Source of the DNA: Escherichia phage vB_EcoM_ESCO8
DNA length: 64,000 nucleotides
Sequence record: OM386653.1
Strand: one strand, 5' to 3'
A program made the translations under genes and the position numbers. Each line of letters begins with the position of its first letter. The stretch's first letter is position 1. This document shows, piece by piece, positions 27,694-36,800 of this stretch. The notes beneath the pieces were generated by a model. It was not told the DNA's origin. It made no database searches and saw nothing but the letters and a program-made list of their open reading frames with translations.

Positions 27694-28160
27694 ATTACGC
27701 CGGATATGAACCTGTTGACATGCTCAACGGTGATGGTGTAAGATGCTCTTTGTGGGTGAGCGGTTGTAGCCACGGTTGCCGTGGCTGCTTTAACCAGAAA
27801 GCCTGGTCGTATAACTACGGACAAGAGTTCACTACTGAAACATTAGATCTTATCTTGAAAGATTTATCTCGACCTTTCATTAAAGGATTAACAGTTTTAG
27901 GTGGTGAACCTCTTGACAAAGAGAACATTGACACTGTAGAGTATGTTCTTGAGAAGGTAAGAGATTGTTTTGGAAACAAAAAAGATATTGTCTTATATAC
28001 AGGATATCTTTTTGAAGAAATTCCAGAGAAAATTAAAAAACTGGTTGACATAGTAATAGATGGTAAGTATGATATGACTCAACCAACAACGAAACGTTAT
28101 AGAGGTTCAGATAATCAACGAATGTGGGTTAAGAAAGACAACATTTGGGAATCTGACTAA
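27690..28160 (+). CDS. nrdG: Anaerobic RNR activating protein (radical SAM)
   Basis: TTG start; N-terminus MNYAGYEPVDMLNGDGVRCSLWVSGCSHGCRGCFN closely parallels E. coli NrdG N-terminus as recalled. Confidence 0.85.
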   Translation: MNYAGYEPVDMLNGDGVRCSLWVSGCSHGCRGCFNQKAWSYNYGQEFTTETLDLILKDLSRPFIKGLTVLGGEPLDKENIDTVEYVLEKVRDCFGNKKDIVLYTGYLFEEIPEKIKKLVDIVIDGKYDMTQPTTKRYRGSDNQRMWVKKDNIWESD

Positions 28161-28180
28161 ATTAAATAGAGGAGAAAACT

Positions 28181-29341
28181 ATGTTTACAGTATTCGGCAA
28201 TCAAATCTTCCTGCGTCAGAAGTCTGGTACAGATATTGAAGAAATTCCAGCAGGAACTTTTGGTGTAGGTGTTACTCAAAGTGGCGAGTTCTTCCTGTAT
28301 CCTAAAAACGATATGGAAGTCCCTTCAGTAACATACGGTGATACTGATGATAAATCAGAACGTATTATCAAGACGTTCCTTAGCCGCAAAGGTAAAAACA
28401 CAGGTGTTCTCCTTGAGGGTACGAAGGGTAGCGGTAAAACTTTGCAAGCTAAAATGCTGTCTTCTGCTCTTCGTGAAATGGGTATTCCTACTATTTCTAT
28501 CGGTAGTGCTTTTAATGGTGAAGGCTTTATCAATTTTATGTCTAAAATCACACAACCTGTGATGATTATGATCGATGAATTTGATAAACTGTATGCTGAA
28601 AAAGATGCACAGGATGGTTTGCTTACCCTGCTGGATGGTGTTGGTGGCTATGACAAGCTGTTTGTATTGACTAAAAATGATGGTTATGTATCAGAATTTT
28701 TGCGTAATCGCCCTAGCCGTATTTTCTACAGCTTTAACTATAAGAAACTACCTAAAGCTACTATGGATGATTATCTGGCTAAAAATCTGGAGAACAAAGC
28801 CTTTTTACCAGATTTTGAAACGCTTTATAATCTGTCCGTGGACTTGAACTTTGATATTGTTCAGTCATTAGTAGAAGAACTTAACCGTTACCCTAATGAC
28901 AAATTCTCTGATGCACTTGCATTAATGGGTATCAGTATTACTGAACACCGCTATGCTGCAAAAGAAGTTAAACTTCTGAAAGTTAACGGTGTAGATCGTA
29001 CAGGAGATGTTTCGGCAGATACCGATATTGACGGTATGACAGCACAGGGTTTGTTTAGCGGTAATCGTTATGTTGTAGCTGTAGACCATAAGCTAGGAGA
29101 AGAGCATCTTCCTGAAATGGAAGGAGTCGTTACCGTAGAAGATAAAGACGAAGAAGGTGACTACTACTGGGGTGTAGACCGTATCTTGCTGACGTATGAT
29201 GAAAAACACATCCGTACAATGGGCGGTGACGGTTATCACTTTATGTTCACCGATGATAAAGGTAACAACATTGAAGTTGTTATTAAAAACAAAGAACGTA
29301 AAAACTACACAGAGTATGTGTTTGGTGGTCGTTCTTACTAA
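28181..29341 (+). CDS. AAA-type ATPase (paralog B)
   Basis: 386 aa; GTKGSGKT, IMIDEFDK, RPSRIFYSFNY; N-terminal ~250 aa similar to 12488..13615. Confidence 0.7.
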   Translation: MFTVFGNQIFLRQKSGTDIEEIPAGTFGVGVTQSGEFFLYPKNDMEVPSVTYGDTDDKSERIIKTFLSRKGKNTGVLLEGTKGSGKTLQAKMLSSALREMGIPTISIGSAFNGEGFINFMSKITQPVMIMIDEFDKLYAEKDAQDGLLTLLDGVGGYDKLFVLTKNDGYVSEFLRNRPSRIFYSFNYKKLPKATMDDYLAKNLENKAFLPDFETLYNLSVDLNFDIVQSLVEELNRYPNDKFSDALALMGISITEHRYAAKEVKLLKVNGVDRTGDVSADTDIDGMTAQGLFSGNRYVVAVDHKLGEEHLPEMEGVVTVEDKDEEGDYYWGVDRILLTYDEKHIRTMGGDGYHFMFTDDKGNNIEVVIKNKERKNYTEYVFGGRSY

Positions 29342-29348
29342 GTGATAA

Positions 29349-29375
29349 AAGGAGGCGAAAGCCTCCTTTATTTGT
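29349..29375 (+). terminator. Rho-independent terminator
   Basis: AAGGAGGC-gaaa-GCCTCCTT followed by TATTTG. Confidence 0.6.
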
Positions 29376-29387
29376 ATGGAGGGTATT

Positions 29388-29579
29388 ATGGATCATTATT
29401 TTGTTTTTAAAGATAAAGTTGATACCGCAGGTGGTCACGTTGCTAAAAATGATCGTGACATTAAAGAAGTATTAGGAGATCTGATTAACATTTTAGAACA
29501 AAAAGAGTTGCTTTTAGATAAGGATATTGCTAGACTTCTTGGTGTGGGGATAAGTGACATACAAAGATTACCATTCTAA
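29388..29579 (+). CDS. hypothetical protein
   Basis: GGAGGG RBS then ATG; 63 aa. Confidence 0.4.
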   Translation: MDHYFVFKDKVDTAGGHVAKNDRDIKEVLGDLINILEQKELLLDKDIARLLGVGISDIQRLPF

Positions 29580-29590
29580 AGGGGAAGAAA

Positions 29591-29746
29591 ATGCTTACAG
29601 ATGATGAATATAAAGCTATCCAAGAAAAACTAACGGAACTTGAAATTCTTGCTGTCAATATTAAAGATCAATCACATGCTGGAAAGTTACTACATCAAGA
29701 GATCAATAAAATTAAGCAGATGATATTCTTTTGGACGGAGGATTAA
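29591..29746 (+). CDS. hypothetical small protein (51 aa)
   Basis: Manually read ORF MLTDDEYKAIQEKLTELEILAVNIKDQSHAGKLL...; RBS AAAGGGGAAG. Confidence 0.35.
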   Translation: MLTDDEYKAIQEKLTELEILAVNIKDQSHAGKLLHQEINKIKQMIFFWTED

Positions 29747-29748
29747 AA

Positions 29749-30405
29749 ATGACTGTTAAGCATATTTCTTTTGATGTATGGAATACTCTTATTACTGCTA
29801 ATCCTTTGTATGCAGAAGAACGCAACAAGGTTATTGCCGAGTATGCCTCTTGTTCTGAGGTAGAAGCAGCTACCGTATATAAAGAGGTAAAAACTCTCCT
29901 GGATTTAAAAGCAGAAAAAGGCATTTGTGGAACATCTAGAAATGCTTGGGAAACACTTTCTGCTCGTTTGAACATTGATCTTGATAAAGTAGATGGGTTA
30001 AAAAGAGACTGTTTAGCAATGTTTATAAAACATCCTCCAACATTAAACCCTGAACTTTGCAAGAAGTTGGAAGAGCTAAGTTCAACCTATTCTTTGAGTA
30101 TTAAAAGCAATACTAATTTTGTACCTGGTAGTTTTTTAGCTGTATATTCTGGCTTGACAAAATTACCATTCGACTTTATGCATTTTTCTGACGAGTTTTG
30201 CTTGTGTAAACCAGATCCTAGGTTTTTTAAACTCTCTTTTGATGAAATGGTAACGTTTGATCTCGCACCAGAGGAGATCTTACACGTTGGAGATAGTTTG
30301 ATCTATGATGGAAAAGCTGTTGACATAGGGATGAAGTTCTGTCATATTATTAATCCAGAAGACTTGTTGGCTAAACTTAAAAAAGAGGAACTTATTAATG
30401 CGTAA
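29749..30405 (+). CDS. HAD-superfamily hydrolase (phosphatase-like)
   Basis: Motif I FDVWNTL near N-terminus, motif IV VGDSLIYDGK near C-terminus; 8-nt overlap with next gene. Confidence 0.55.
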   Translation: MTVKHISFDVWNTLITANPLYAEERNKVIAEYASCSEVEAATVYKEVKTLLDLKAEKGICGTSRNAWETLSARLNIDLDKVDGLKRDCLAMFIKHPPTLNPELCKKLEELSSTYSLSIKSNTNFVPGSFLAVYSGLTKLPFDFMHFSDEFCLCKPDPRFFKLSFDEMVTFDLAPEEILHVGDSLIYDGKAVDIGMKFCHIINPEDLLAKLKKEELINA

Positions 30406-31255
30406 TCAAATTCAACATTTTGCTAATACTTTTACTAACCTGAAGGAAGCAAAATTTAACATTGCAGATTATTCCAAGCTAAAGTTTGGTAGTAACCAGG
30501 CAGCAAAAAGAATGGGGCGCATTCTGGCTGAAAGTTTCTTTTCCAAGTATGAAGAACGACTGGTAAATGAAAGTTTTGTTGTTATTCCATCTCCATATAA
30601 CTATGTGAAAAATGCAGCTACAGTGTTATCTGAACATTTTGTAGATCACCTCAACTACCTAATCTCTATCAAAGGAGGTAAAGCAGTGGAGTGGGATATC
30701 GTTCATCGTAAAGTGAGCTATATCAATGATTATGGATTTCTTAGCAAAGAAGATCGTAAGGCTTTGATCGATGGTGACACTTTCTCTATCAATCGTGATT
30801 TCTGGGGTAATAAAACTCTGATTTTCATTGATGATGTTAATATTACAGGAACGCACGAAGAAAAACTTATTGAAATTTTAGACAAAGAAGGTGTTGAAAA
30901 CGATACGTTTTTCCTGTACTTTGCAAAGTATGAAGGTACAGAAGCCAATACCGAAGCTGCACTTAACTTCAACTATATCAATAACCTGGCAGCTTTTATT
31001 AAAATGATTAAACAAGAAACTGATGCTAAATGTTTGGTTCGTCCTATTAAGTATCTAATGAGTCAAAGCGAAGTTGATTTTAAAATTGCACTTTCACAGC
31101 TTCCTTTGTATTATGTAGAACAACTGTTCTTTGGTTGCCTTGCAGAAGGCTACAATAACATTGAAAAATATAAAGAGAACTTTGATTTCCTACGTCAATT
31201 TTTTGAAAGCAACATTATCAACAAATCTAATGTTAAAGGGGATTATTATGTCTAA
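30398..31255 (+). CDS. Phosphoribosyltransferase-like protein (divergent type I PRTase)
   Basis: 285 aa; LIFIDDVNITGTHEE resembles PRPP-binding loop of type I PRTases; translationally coupled to HAD and macro genes. Confidence 0.45.
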   Translation: MRNQIQHFANTFTNLKEAKFNIADYSKLKFGSNQAAKRMGRILAESFFSKYEERLVNESFVVIPSPYNYVKNAATVLSEHFVDHLNYLISIKGGKAVEWDIVHRKVSYINDYGFLSKEDRKALIDGDTFSINRDFWGNKTLIFIDDVNITGTHEEKLIEILDKEGVENDTFFLYFAKYEGTEANTEAALNFNYINNLAAFIKMIKQETDAKCLVRPIKYLMSQSEVDFKIALSQLPLYYVEQLFFGCLAEGYNNIEKYKENFDFLRQFFESNIINKSNVKGDYYV

Positions 31256-31964
31256 TAAAGTAATGACTTTCGGAGATCCTATCACCAATATTACAGAAAA
31301 AGATTTTGGGCGTGTAGCAACAGATAAAGATGGTGTCTTAAGAATTCGTGTACAAGGTATTACAGCACAGGATGAATATGCTGTGTATGTTTCAGGTCTT
31401 AACTATATTGATGATCGCATTACACAAAACTTTGCACTGATCGGTGGTGTAGAGAAAATGTATTGGGAAGATGAAATTGTAACAAGTTATCCGGCAGGTA
31501 TCATTGAGGTATACGGTGATCTTTTAGCAGCAGCCGAGAGAGGCGATATAGACGCTATAGCACACTGCTGTAACTGTTTTTGCACTATGGGTAGTGGTAT
31601 TGCACCAAAAATTAAAAGCAAGTGGCCTGGTGCGTTTAAAGCAGATTGTGCCACTAAACATGGTGATTATAAAAAATTAGGTACGTTTACCAAATATATA
31701 GAAAACAATTTGACAATTTATAATTTATATGGACAATATGGTTATAGTCGTCGTGAGGAAGGTAAGCGTGACCTGAATTATGAAGCTATCTACAATGCGT
31801 TAGATAGTATGGGAGACGATGTTGTATCTTCAGGCGGTAAAATTGTAGGTTTACCAATGCTTGGTTGTGGTTTGGCTGGAGGTTCTTGGAGTATTGTAAA
31901 ACTTATGATCGAAGAAACTCTAGTAAACAAAGGTTTAAATGTAATTGTTTACAAACTGAAATAA
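31248..31964 (+). CDS. Macro-domain protein with unknown N-terminal domain
   Basis: ATG preceded by AAAGGGG; C-terminal half has macro-like IDAIAHCCNCFCTMGSGIA and LPMLGCGLAGGS motifs; ORF-track start 31131 rejected. Confidence 0.55.
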   Translation: MSNKVMTFGDPITNITEKDFGRVATDKDGVLRIRVQGITAQDEYAVYVSGLNYIDDRITQNFALIGGVEKMYWEDEIVTSYPAGIIEVYGDLLAAAERGDIDAIAHCCNCFCTMGSGIAPKIKSKWPGAFKADCATKHGDYKKLGTFTKYIENNLTIYNLYGQYGYSRREEGKRDLNYEAIYNALDSMGDDVVSSGGKIVGLPMLGCGLAGGSWSIVKLMIEETLVNKGLNVIVYKLK

Positions 31965-31973
31965 GGAGAAAGT

Positions 31974-32180
31974 ATGGCAGGTGTTTTAGCAGTATTAGGT
32001 TGTTTTATTGTTGTGTTTTTGATTGTGTTAATCCCTAGTTGGCTACTGCTTTTAGCATACAACTATATGATTGACATTATCGGCTTAGACTGGCATCATG
32101 TTCCTGTAACGTTTTGGAGTGTAGTCTGTGTGACGTTCATTCTTGCGGTACTTCGTGGTATCTTTCAATCTAACAAATAA
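31974..32180 (+). CDS. hypothetical small membrane protein
   Basis: ORF track 68 aa; two TM helices. Confidence 0.45.
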   Translation: MAGVLAVLGCFIVVFLIVLIPSWLLLLAYNYMIDIIGLDWHHVPVTFWSVVCVTFILAVLRGIFQSNK

Positions 32181-32194
32181 GAGAGGATTTTTAT

Positions 32195-32443
32195 ATGCGT
32201 AAAGTAAATGTTGAAGTGCTTGAAAAATTTAGAAACACTCGTGATTGTACTATCGGCAAGGTTTACGAGGCTATTCTCCTTGAAGATGGAGATCAAGTTC
32301 CTGCCCCGTATCACGCCTTTAATGGTCAAATCAGCAAAGTGGAAGGTGGTCTTGCTATTTGCTTTATTGATGACGTAGGTGATGCTGTAGCTTTCCCTGT
32401 CATTAACAAAGAAGATAAACTTAAAATTACAGAACTGAACTAG
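32195..32443 (+). CDS. hypothetical protein
   Basis: ORF track 82 aa. Confidence 0.5.
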   Translation: MRKVNVEVLEKFRNTRDCTIGKVYEAILLEDGDQVPAPYHAFNGQISKVEGGLAICFIDDVGDAVAFPVINKEDKLKITELN

Positions 32444-32471
32444 TTGACTTTCTTTAAAAACAGTTTATAGT
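32444..32471 (+). promoter_or_regulatory. sigma70-like promoter with leader hairpin ahead of TerC gene
   Basis: TTGACT-16nt-TATAGT followed by CATAGAG and hairpin GCGGAGGA-ttgt-CCTCCGC (32484-32502), same architecture as early-array promoters. Confidence 0.5.
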
Positions 32472-32520
32472 ATAAGACATAGAGCGGAGGATTGTCCTCC
32501 GCATTAAAGAGGAGAAAAGA

Positions 32521-33498
32521 ATGCAACTGGGTTTCCCAATTATTGATGTGGTTGTTTTAGTGGGTATTTTAGTCTTGTCGATTTGTATTGACTTCTTTGG
32601 ACACAGAGAAAACAAAGAAATTTCATTTAAATCTGCAATTGGCTGGTCAATTTTCTGGATTGGGGTATCATTAGCCTACTATGGTTTTGTATACTTCCAA
32701 CACGGTGCTGATTTTGCGAGCTTGTTCTTGAGTGGGTATGTGTTGGAGAAATCTCTTTCTGTAGATAACTTAGTAGTATTTGTAGCAGTATTCGCAAGTT
32801 TTGGTATTAAAAGCACACACTTGCAGCACAAGATTCTACTTTGGGGTATTGCAGGTGCGATTGTCTTCCGAGGTGTGTTTGTAGCAGTAGGTACTTACTT
32901 GTTGAGTTTGGGCTGGTATGTTAATATCTTCTTCGGTGCTGTCATCCTTTTCTGTGCGGCTAAAATGGTATTCGCTGGAGATAATGATGCAGAAGTTGAT
33001 TACTCTAAACACTGGGCTACTCGCATTGTTCGTAAGCTGTTCCCTGTATCTGATCAGATGGATGGTGAGAAGTTCTTCACAATCAAAAATGGTGTTCGTG
33101 TAGCAACTCCGGCTCTGGTTTGTGTGTTTGTAATGGAAATGGTTGACGTAATCTTTGCAGTAGACTCTGTTCCAGCAGTAATTGCAGTGACACAAGAACC
33201 TCTGCTGGTGTTCTCTTCGATGCTCTGTGCAATCTTAGGTTTACGTGCTCTGTTCTTTGTTCTTAGTGTTGCACTGAAGTATTTGGTTCATCTGGAGAAA
33301 GCAGTTATCGTAGTCCTGGTGTTTGTGGGTGTAAAACTGATGTATCACCCGTTTGCAGAAACTCTGCACGCAAAAGTGAGTTTCCTGCCAGCACACATTG
33401 ACCCGACGATCAGTATGTATATTGTGTTAGGTACTCTTGGGCTGGGTGTTCTTGCAAGTTTAATCTTCCCTGAAAAAGAAGACCAGGCTGTTGCTTAA
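32521..33498 (+). CDS. TerC-family integral membrane protein
   Basis: 325 aa, multi-TM; conserved EKSLSVDNLVVF and DVIFAVDSVPAV motifs. Confidence 0.75.
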   Translation: MQLGFPIIDVVVLVGILVLSICIDFFGHRENKEISFKSAIGWSIFWIGVSLAYYGFVYFQHGADFASLFLSGYVLEKSLSVDNLVVFVAVFASFGIKSTHLQHKILLWGIAGAIVFRGVFVAVGTYLLSLGWYVNIFFGAVILFCAAKMVFAGDNDAEVDYSKHWATRIVRKLFPVSDQMDGEKFFTIKNGVRVATPALVCVFVMEMVDVIFAVDSVPAVIAVTQEPLLVFSSMLCAILGLRALFFVLSVALKYLVHLEKAVIVVLVFVGVKLMYHPFAETLHAKVSFLPAHIDPTISMYIVLGTLGLGVLASLIFPEKEDQAVA

Positions 33499-33504
33499 TT
33501 CATT

Positions 33505-33528
33505 AAGCCCCTTCGGGGGCTTTATTGA
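33505..33528 (+). terminator. Rho-independent terminator
   Basis: AAGCCCC-ttcg-GGGGCTT followed by TATTGA. Confidence 0.55.
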
Positions 33529-33537
33529 GGTGATCTG

Positions 33538-33744
33538 ATGGTGGTTTTACGTGTTCTTTGGATTCTGTTTGAAAATATTTGTTTTGCTCTAGGTTTGTTT
33601 TGTTTGATTTTTATCTTGACAACATATATTGATAACCATACAATTACTATCAACAGGAACGGAGAACAGATGTATTGTTTCTCTAGGGATTTTAAAAATT
33701 GTGTTGAGATTTTAAATGAGAGGGTTACAAATGAAAAACATTAA
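33538..33744 (+). CDS. hypothetical small membrane protein
   Basis: ORF track 68 aa. Confidence 0.35.
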   Translation: MVVLRVLWILFENICFALGLFCLIFILTTYIDNHTITINRNGEQMYCFSRDFKNCVEILNERVTNEKH

Positions 33745-34321
33745 ATCTTTTATTGTTGCAGTTGTTTTAGGTAGTGCATTGCTGGTAGGTTGTGATGATT
33801 CTGAAAATGTACAAAATCAACGTTACCAACAAACACCAAATCAGATGGTAGATGAACAATATGTAAATCAGCCTGCACCTCAAGTTGTTCAAGCAGCACC
33901 TGCACAACCTTCAACAGTTGTTGTGCAAGGAGGCGGCAGTGGTTCTTCTGGCGTAGGTGAGTTTGCTACAGGTATGCTTCTTGGTCATATGTTGAGTGGT
34001 AATAGTGGCGGTGGTGGTTATAGAGATGGCGGTAGCAATACAACAATTATCAATAACAACGCTGCTCCTACAACTAATAGTAAAGCATATACAACACAAA
34101 AGCATAGGTTTTATGATAAACAAGGGAATACATATACAACCACTAAACAAAACACAATTAAGCAGCAAAGTGTACAAACGTATTCACGCCCATCAACAAC
34201 AAAAGTGAATAGTGATTACTCTGCTCGTAAGTCTTACTCAAGTCCTATTAGCTCTTATAGTAAGTCTTCGAAAAGTTATTCTTCGTCGAAACGTAGTTTT
34301 AGTAGCTCACGTCGTCGTTAA
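33731..34321 (+). CDS. Putative lipoprotein with Ser/Tyr-rich low-complexity tail
   Basis: Start MKNIKSFIVAVVLGSALLVGC (lipobox LVGC) after GAGAGGG RBS; G-rich and S/Y/K-rich C-terminus. Confidence 0.5.
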   Translation: MKNIKSFIVAVVLGSALLVGCDDSENVQNQRYQQTPNQMVDEQYVNQPAPQVVQAAPAQPSTVVVQGGGSGSSGVGEFATGMLLGHMLSGNSGGGGYRDGGSNTTIINNNAAPTTNSKAYTTQKHRFYDKQGNTYTTTKQNTIKQQSVQTYSRPSTTKVNSDYSARKSYSSPISSYSKSSKSYSSSKRSFSSSRRR

Positions 34322-34356
34322 TAATTTAATACAGATTAAATAAGAAGGAGAAACAG

Positions 34357-35208
34357 ATGAAACTAGAAGTTGGTAAAGTGTATCGCCTGGAAGGTTGGAT
34401 CTTTAATCAAGAAATTCTTGAGAAGAATAAAGATGGTTTTGAGTTTGTTGGTACTACCAAGGAAAGTATGCACAATGACGAATACTGTAAATTCGTTGGT
34501 AAAAATACAGGTCAAGAACAATTTTGCTTTAAGAGCGCAATCGGTGATTATGCTTCTGTAATGCCAACACCAGAAAAGACTTCGAAGCAATATACTGTCT
34601 TTGGTGTAAAACTTGAAGAACTTGTAGAACACCCACGTTTTGAAGAGTTCAAGGTTGCTGCAATGCGCAAGCATTCTGAAATTAAAATACATAATTTGTT
34701 TGATTTAGAAGATCGGTTTGATATCTTTATGTATGATCGCAGGGAAAAGCATTTTGATGCAACGACTTCAAAATTTGCTGCAACAGAGGATATTAAAATC
34801 CTTGATGTTGATACCTTTCTTGAGAGTGTATCGTTTGTATTCATTCCTAAATACAAAAAACGTAGTGATCATAAACGTGTGAAAGGAACTCCTCGTAAAA
34901 AACGTACTGTAAACAAAGCAACTTTGCACTTCACTTCTGGTGATAAATATACTCTCAAAGGGTTTGAAAGTGTTTTGTATGATGCTGGAACGGGTAATAT
35001 CAAGTTTATCATTAAGGCAACCTACAAAGGTACGGTATTGCACGAAGAGGCTGTTACACTACCTGTATTCGATATCTCTCGTGTTGAGGTACGGGGTGTT
35101 AAAGAGTCCTTCGATCTGGATTTCTTAACTGCTAATACCACGGGTTATGTTAATCTGGAAGCAGATGGAGCATTTATTACTACAAATTATTTAGATATGT
35201 TTGTTTAA
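34357..35208 (+). CDS. hypothetical protein
   Basis: ORF track 283 aa. Confidence 0.55.
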   Translation: MKLEVGKVYRLEGWIFNQEILEKNKDGFEFVGTTKESMHNDEYCKFVGKNTGQEQFCFKSAIGDYASVMPTPEKTSKQYTVFGVKLEELVEHPRFEEFKVAAMRKHSEIKIHNLFDLEDRFDIFMYDRREKHFDATTSKFAATEDIKILDVDTFLESVSFVFIPKYKKRSDHKRVKGTPRKKRTVNKATLHFTSGDKYTLKGFESVLYDAGTGNIKFIIKATYKGTVLHEEAVTLPVFDISRVEVRGVKESFDLDFLTANTTGYVNLEADGAFITTNYLDMFV

Positions 35209-35276
35209 TACTTAACTTGTGTTATGATGGTGGTATAGAAGTATCACCATCTACTAAAGAATATGGAGGAAATTGA

Positions 35277-36380
35277 ATGTCCAGTCCTTTTATCAGTGCC
35301 GTAAAAAGCAAACCGTCTGAAATGAGTGTATTCACGGCAACAACAGAAAAAAGTAAGTCTTTGTTTGCTCCAACTGCTATGGATGCAAGTCCTGTATATG
35401 CCCCTGCTGTTGCACGACCTGTACAAATGCTGCCTCCAATGTCTCGTGAAGAGATTGAACAGGTTGGTGCTGATGCAGGACTTACTCTTCGTAACCTTAA
35501 TGCTGAAGTGCTTAAACACCAGCGTTCATCTCAGGGAGATGAAATGAGTGAACGTTTAACTGCGCTTATTAAGCAAGCAAAGCAACTTGATCCTAACTCT
35601 ATTAAACAATCTAAAGGTTTAGGTAAACTAGTTAAGAAAGTTTTAGGTATGAAAGAAGATTTGTTTGGAGAATTTGACACCATCAATAACCGTATTGAAG
35701 GTTTGGTAAAGACACTCCAAACAGACTTGAAAAAAGAAGAAGATTCTTTACGATATCTGCAACGTTTAGAAGAGGCTATTGCAAAATATGCCCTTAGTTT
35801 AAACAGGGATATAGAGCTTCTAACAGCTACTTATGAAAAAGAAGAAATTCGCCTTAATACACTGCCTGAAAATGAGGTAGAAGAGCGTCAACGTACTCGT
35901 GATACTATGGATCTGCTTGAAATTCGTATTGCAGACCTGAAAGCCTTACGCTTACTATGTGTTCAGATGGGGCCACGTGTACAAAGTATGCAGAAAGTAT
36001 CTGCAAGTTTGATGCGATCAGCCCGTAATATTGTGAATAATGTTATCCCTGCTTACTCTGCAAACTTTTCTATGCATATTGAAAGTCTACGCCAGAAGAA
36101 AGCAGCCGATACACAGAACAATGTACTAAATGAATTTAATGCTGCTATTGCAATGGGTAGTGATTTGGCTGCACAAAACCAAATTGAAGCTACACAACTT
36201 GCTAATCGTCAAGTATTGGATATTGAAACATTACGTCGTGATCAAGAAAACTTGGTTAAAATGTTGGAAGAAACTAACCGAATCAACACTGAAGCCCGTG
36301 CTGCTCGTATTGATTACATTCAAGAAGTGCAATCTCTTGAAGATGGTATGATTCAAACTGTTAAACGTGGTCTACTTTAA
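35277..36380 (+). CDS. TelA-like (toxic anion resistance family) protein, tentative
   Basis: 367 aa, predominantly coiled-coil, size and context (between TerC and TerD/vWA) fit TelA/KlaA family; not confirmed by motif. Confidence 0.4.
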   Translation: MSSPFISAVKSKPSEMSVFTATTEKSKSLFAPTAMDASPVYAPAVARPVQMLPPMSREEIEQVGADAGLTLRNLNAEVLKHQRSSQGDEMSERLTALIKQAKQLDPNSIKQSKGLGKLVKKVLGMKEDLFGEFDTINNRIEGLVKTLQTDLKKEEDSLRYLQRLEEAIAKYALSLNRDIELLTATYEKEEIRLNTLPENEVEERQRTRDTMDLLEIRIADLKALRLLCVQMGPRVQSMQKVSASLMRSARNIVNNVIPAYSANFSMHIESLRQKKAADTQNNVLNEFNAAIAMGSDLAAQNQIEATQLANRQVLDIETLRRDQENLVKMLEETNRINTEARAARIDYIQEVQSLEDGMIQTVKRGLL

Positions 36381-36393
36381 GGAGAAATATATT

Positions 36394-36600
36394 ATGAATA
36401 TTAAAATTTACAAACTGTCTGGTTCTATGATTGCTGTTCAGTATGATAATGAAGATCGTTATGTTCTCCTCCAGGATGCTTGGTTAGATGATCCTAATGT
36501 ATTCACTGTCCTGCGAGAACTACGTTCTGTCTATACCTATTCTTCTAAAGATGGTTTTGACAATTCAACGATGGAATTGGTAAAAGAGGAGAATGTGTAA
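36394..36600 (+). CDS. hypothetical protein
   Basis: ORF track frame trimmed to ATG after GGAG RBS. Confidence 0.45.
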   Translation: MNIKIYKLSGSMIAVQYDNEDRYVLLQDAWLDDPNVFTVLRELRSVYTYSSKDGFDNSTMELVKEENV

Positions 36601-36800
36601 TGAGTAAAGATATTCACTTAACTCGTGAAGAATTGCAAACCATTATGGAAGATGCTTTCATTGATGGTTGGAAACAAGGTCAAGAATCAGATTGGTATGA
36701 TGCCGAAGATTTTTTGTATTATCATATGACTGCACCTGTAGACGAGCAAACACACTCTGAAACAACTTTGGCTTTAATTGATCTTAAGGCTGGTGTATAA
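36600..36800 (+). CDS. hypothetical protein sharing motif with C-terminus of next gene
   Basis: 66 aa; LTREELQTIMEDAFIDGWKQG matches ISLNELQKITREAFYLGWKVG in 36800..37363. Confidence 0.45.
   Translation: MSKDIHLTREELQTIMEDAFIDGWKQGQESDWYDAEDFLYYHMTAPVDEQTHSETTLALIDLKAGV

Noticed and set aside
31131-31247. ORF-track 5' extension of the macro-domain gene
   Set aside because: The extension lies wholly within the PRTase-like gene in another frame; an ATG at 31248 with RBS gives the 8-nt coupled overlap seen at the preceding junction.
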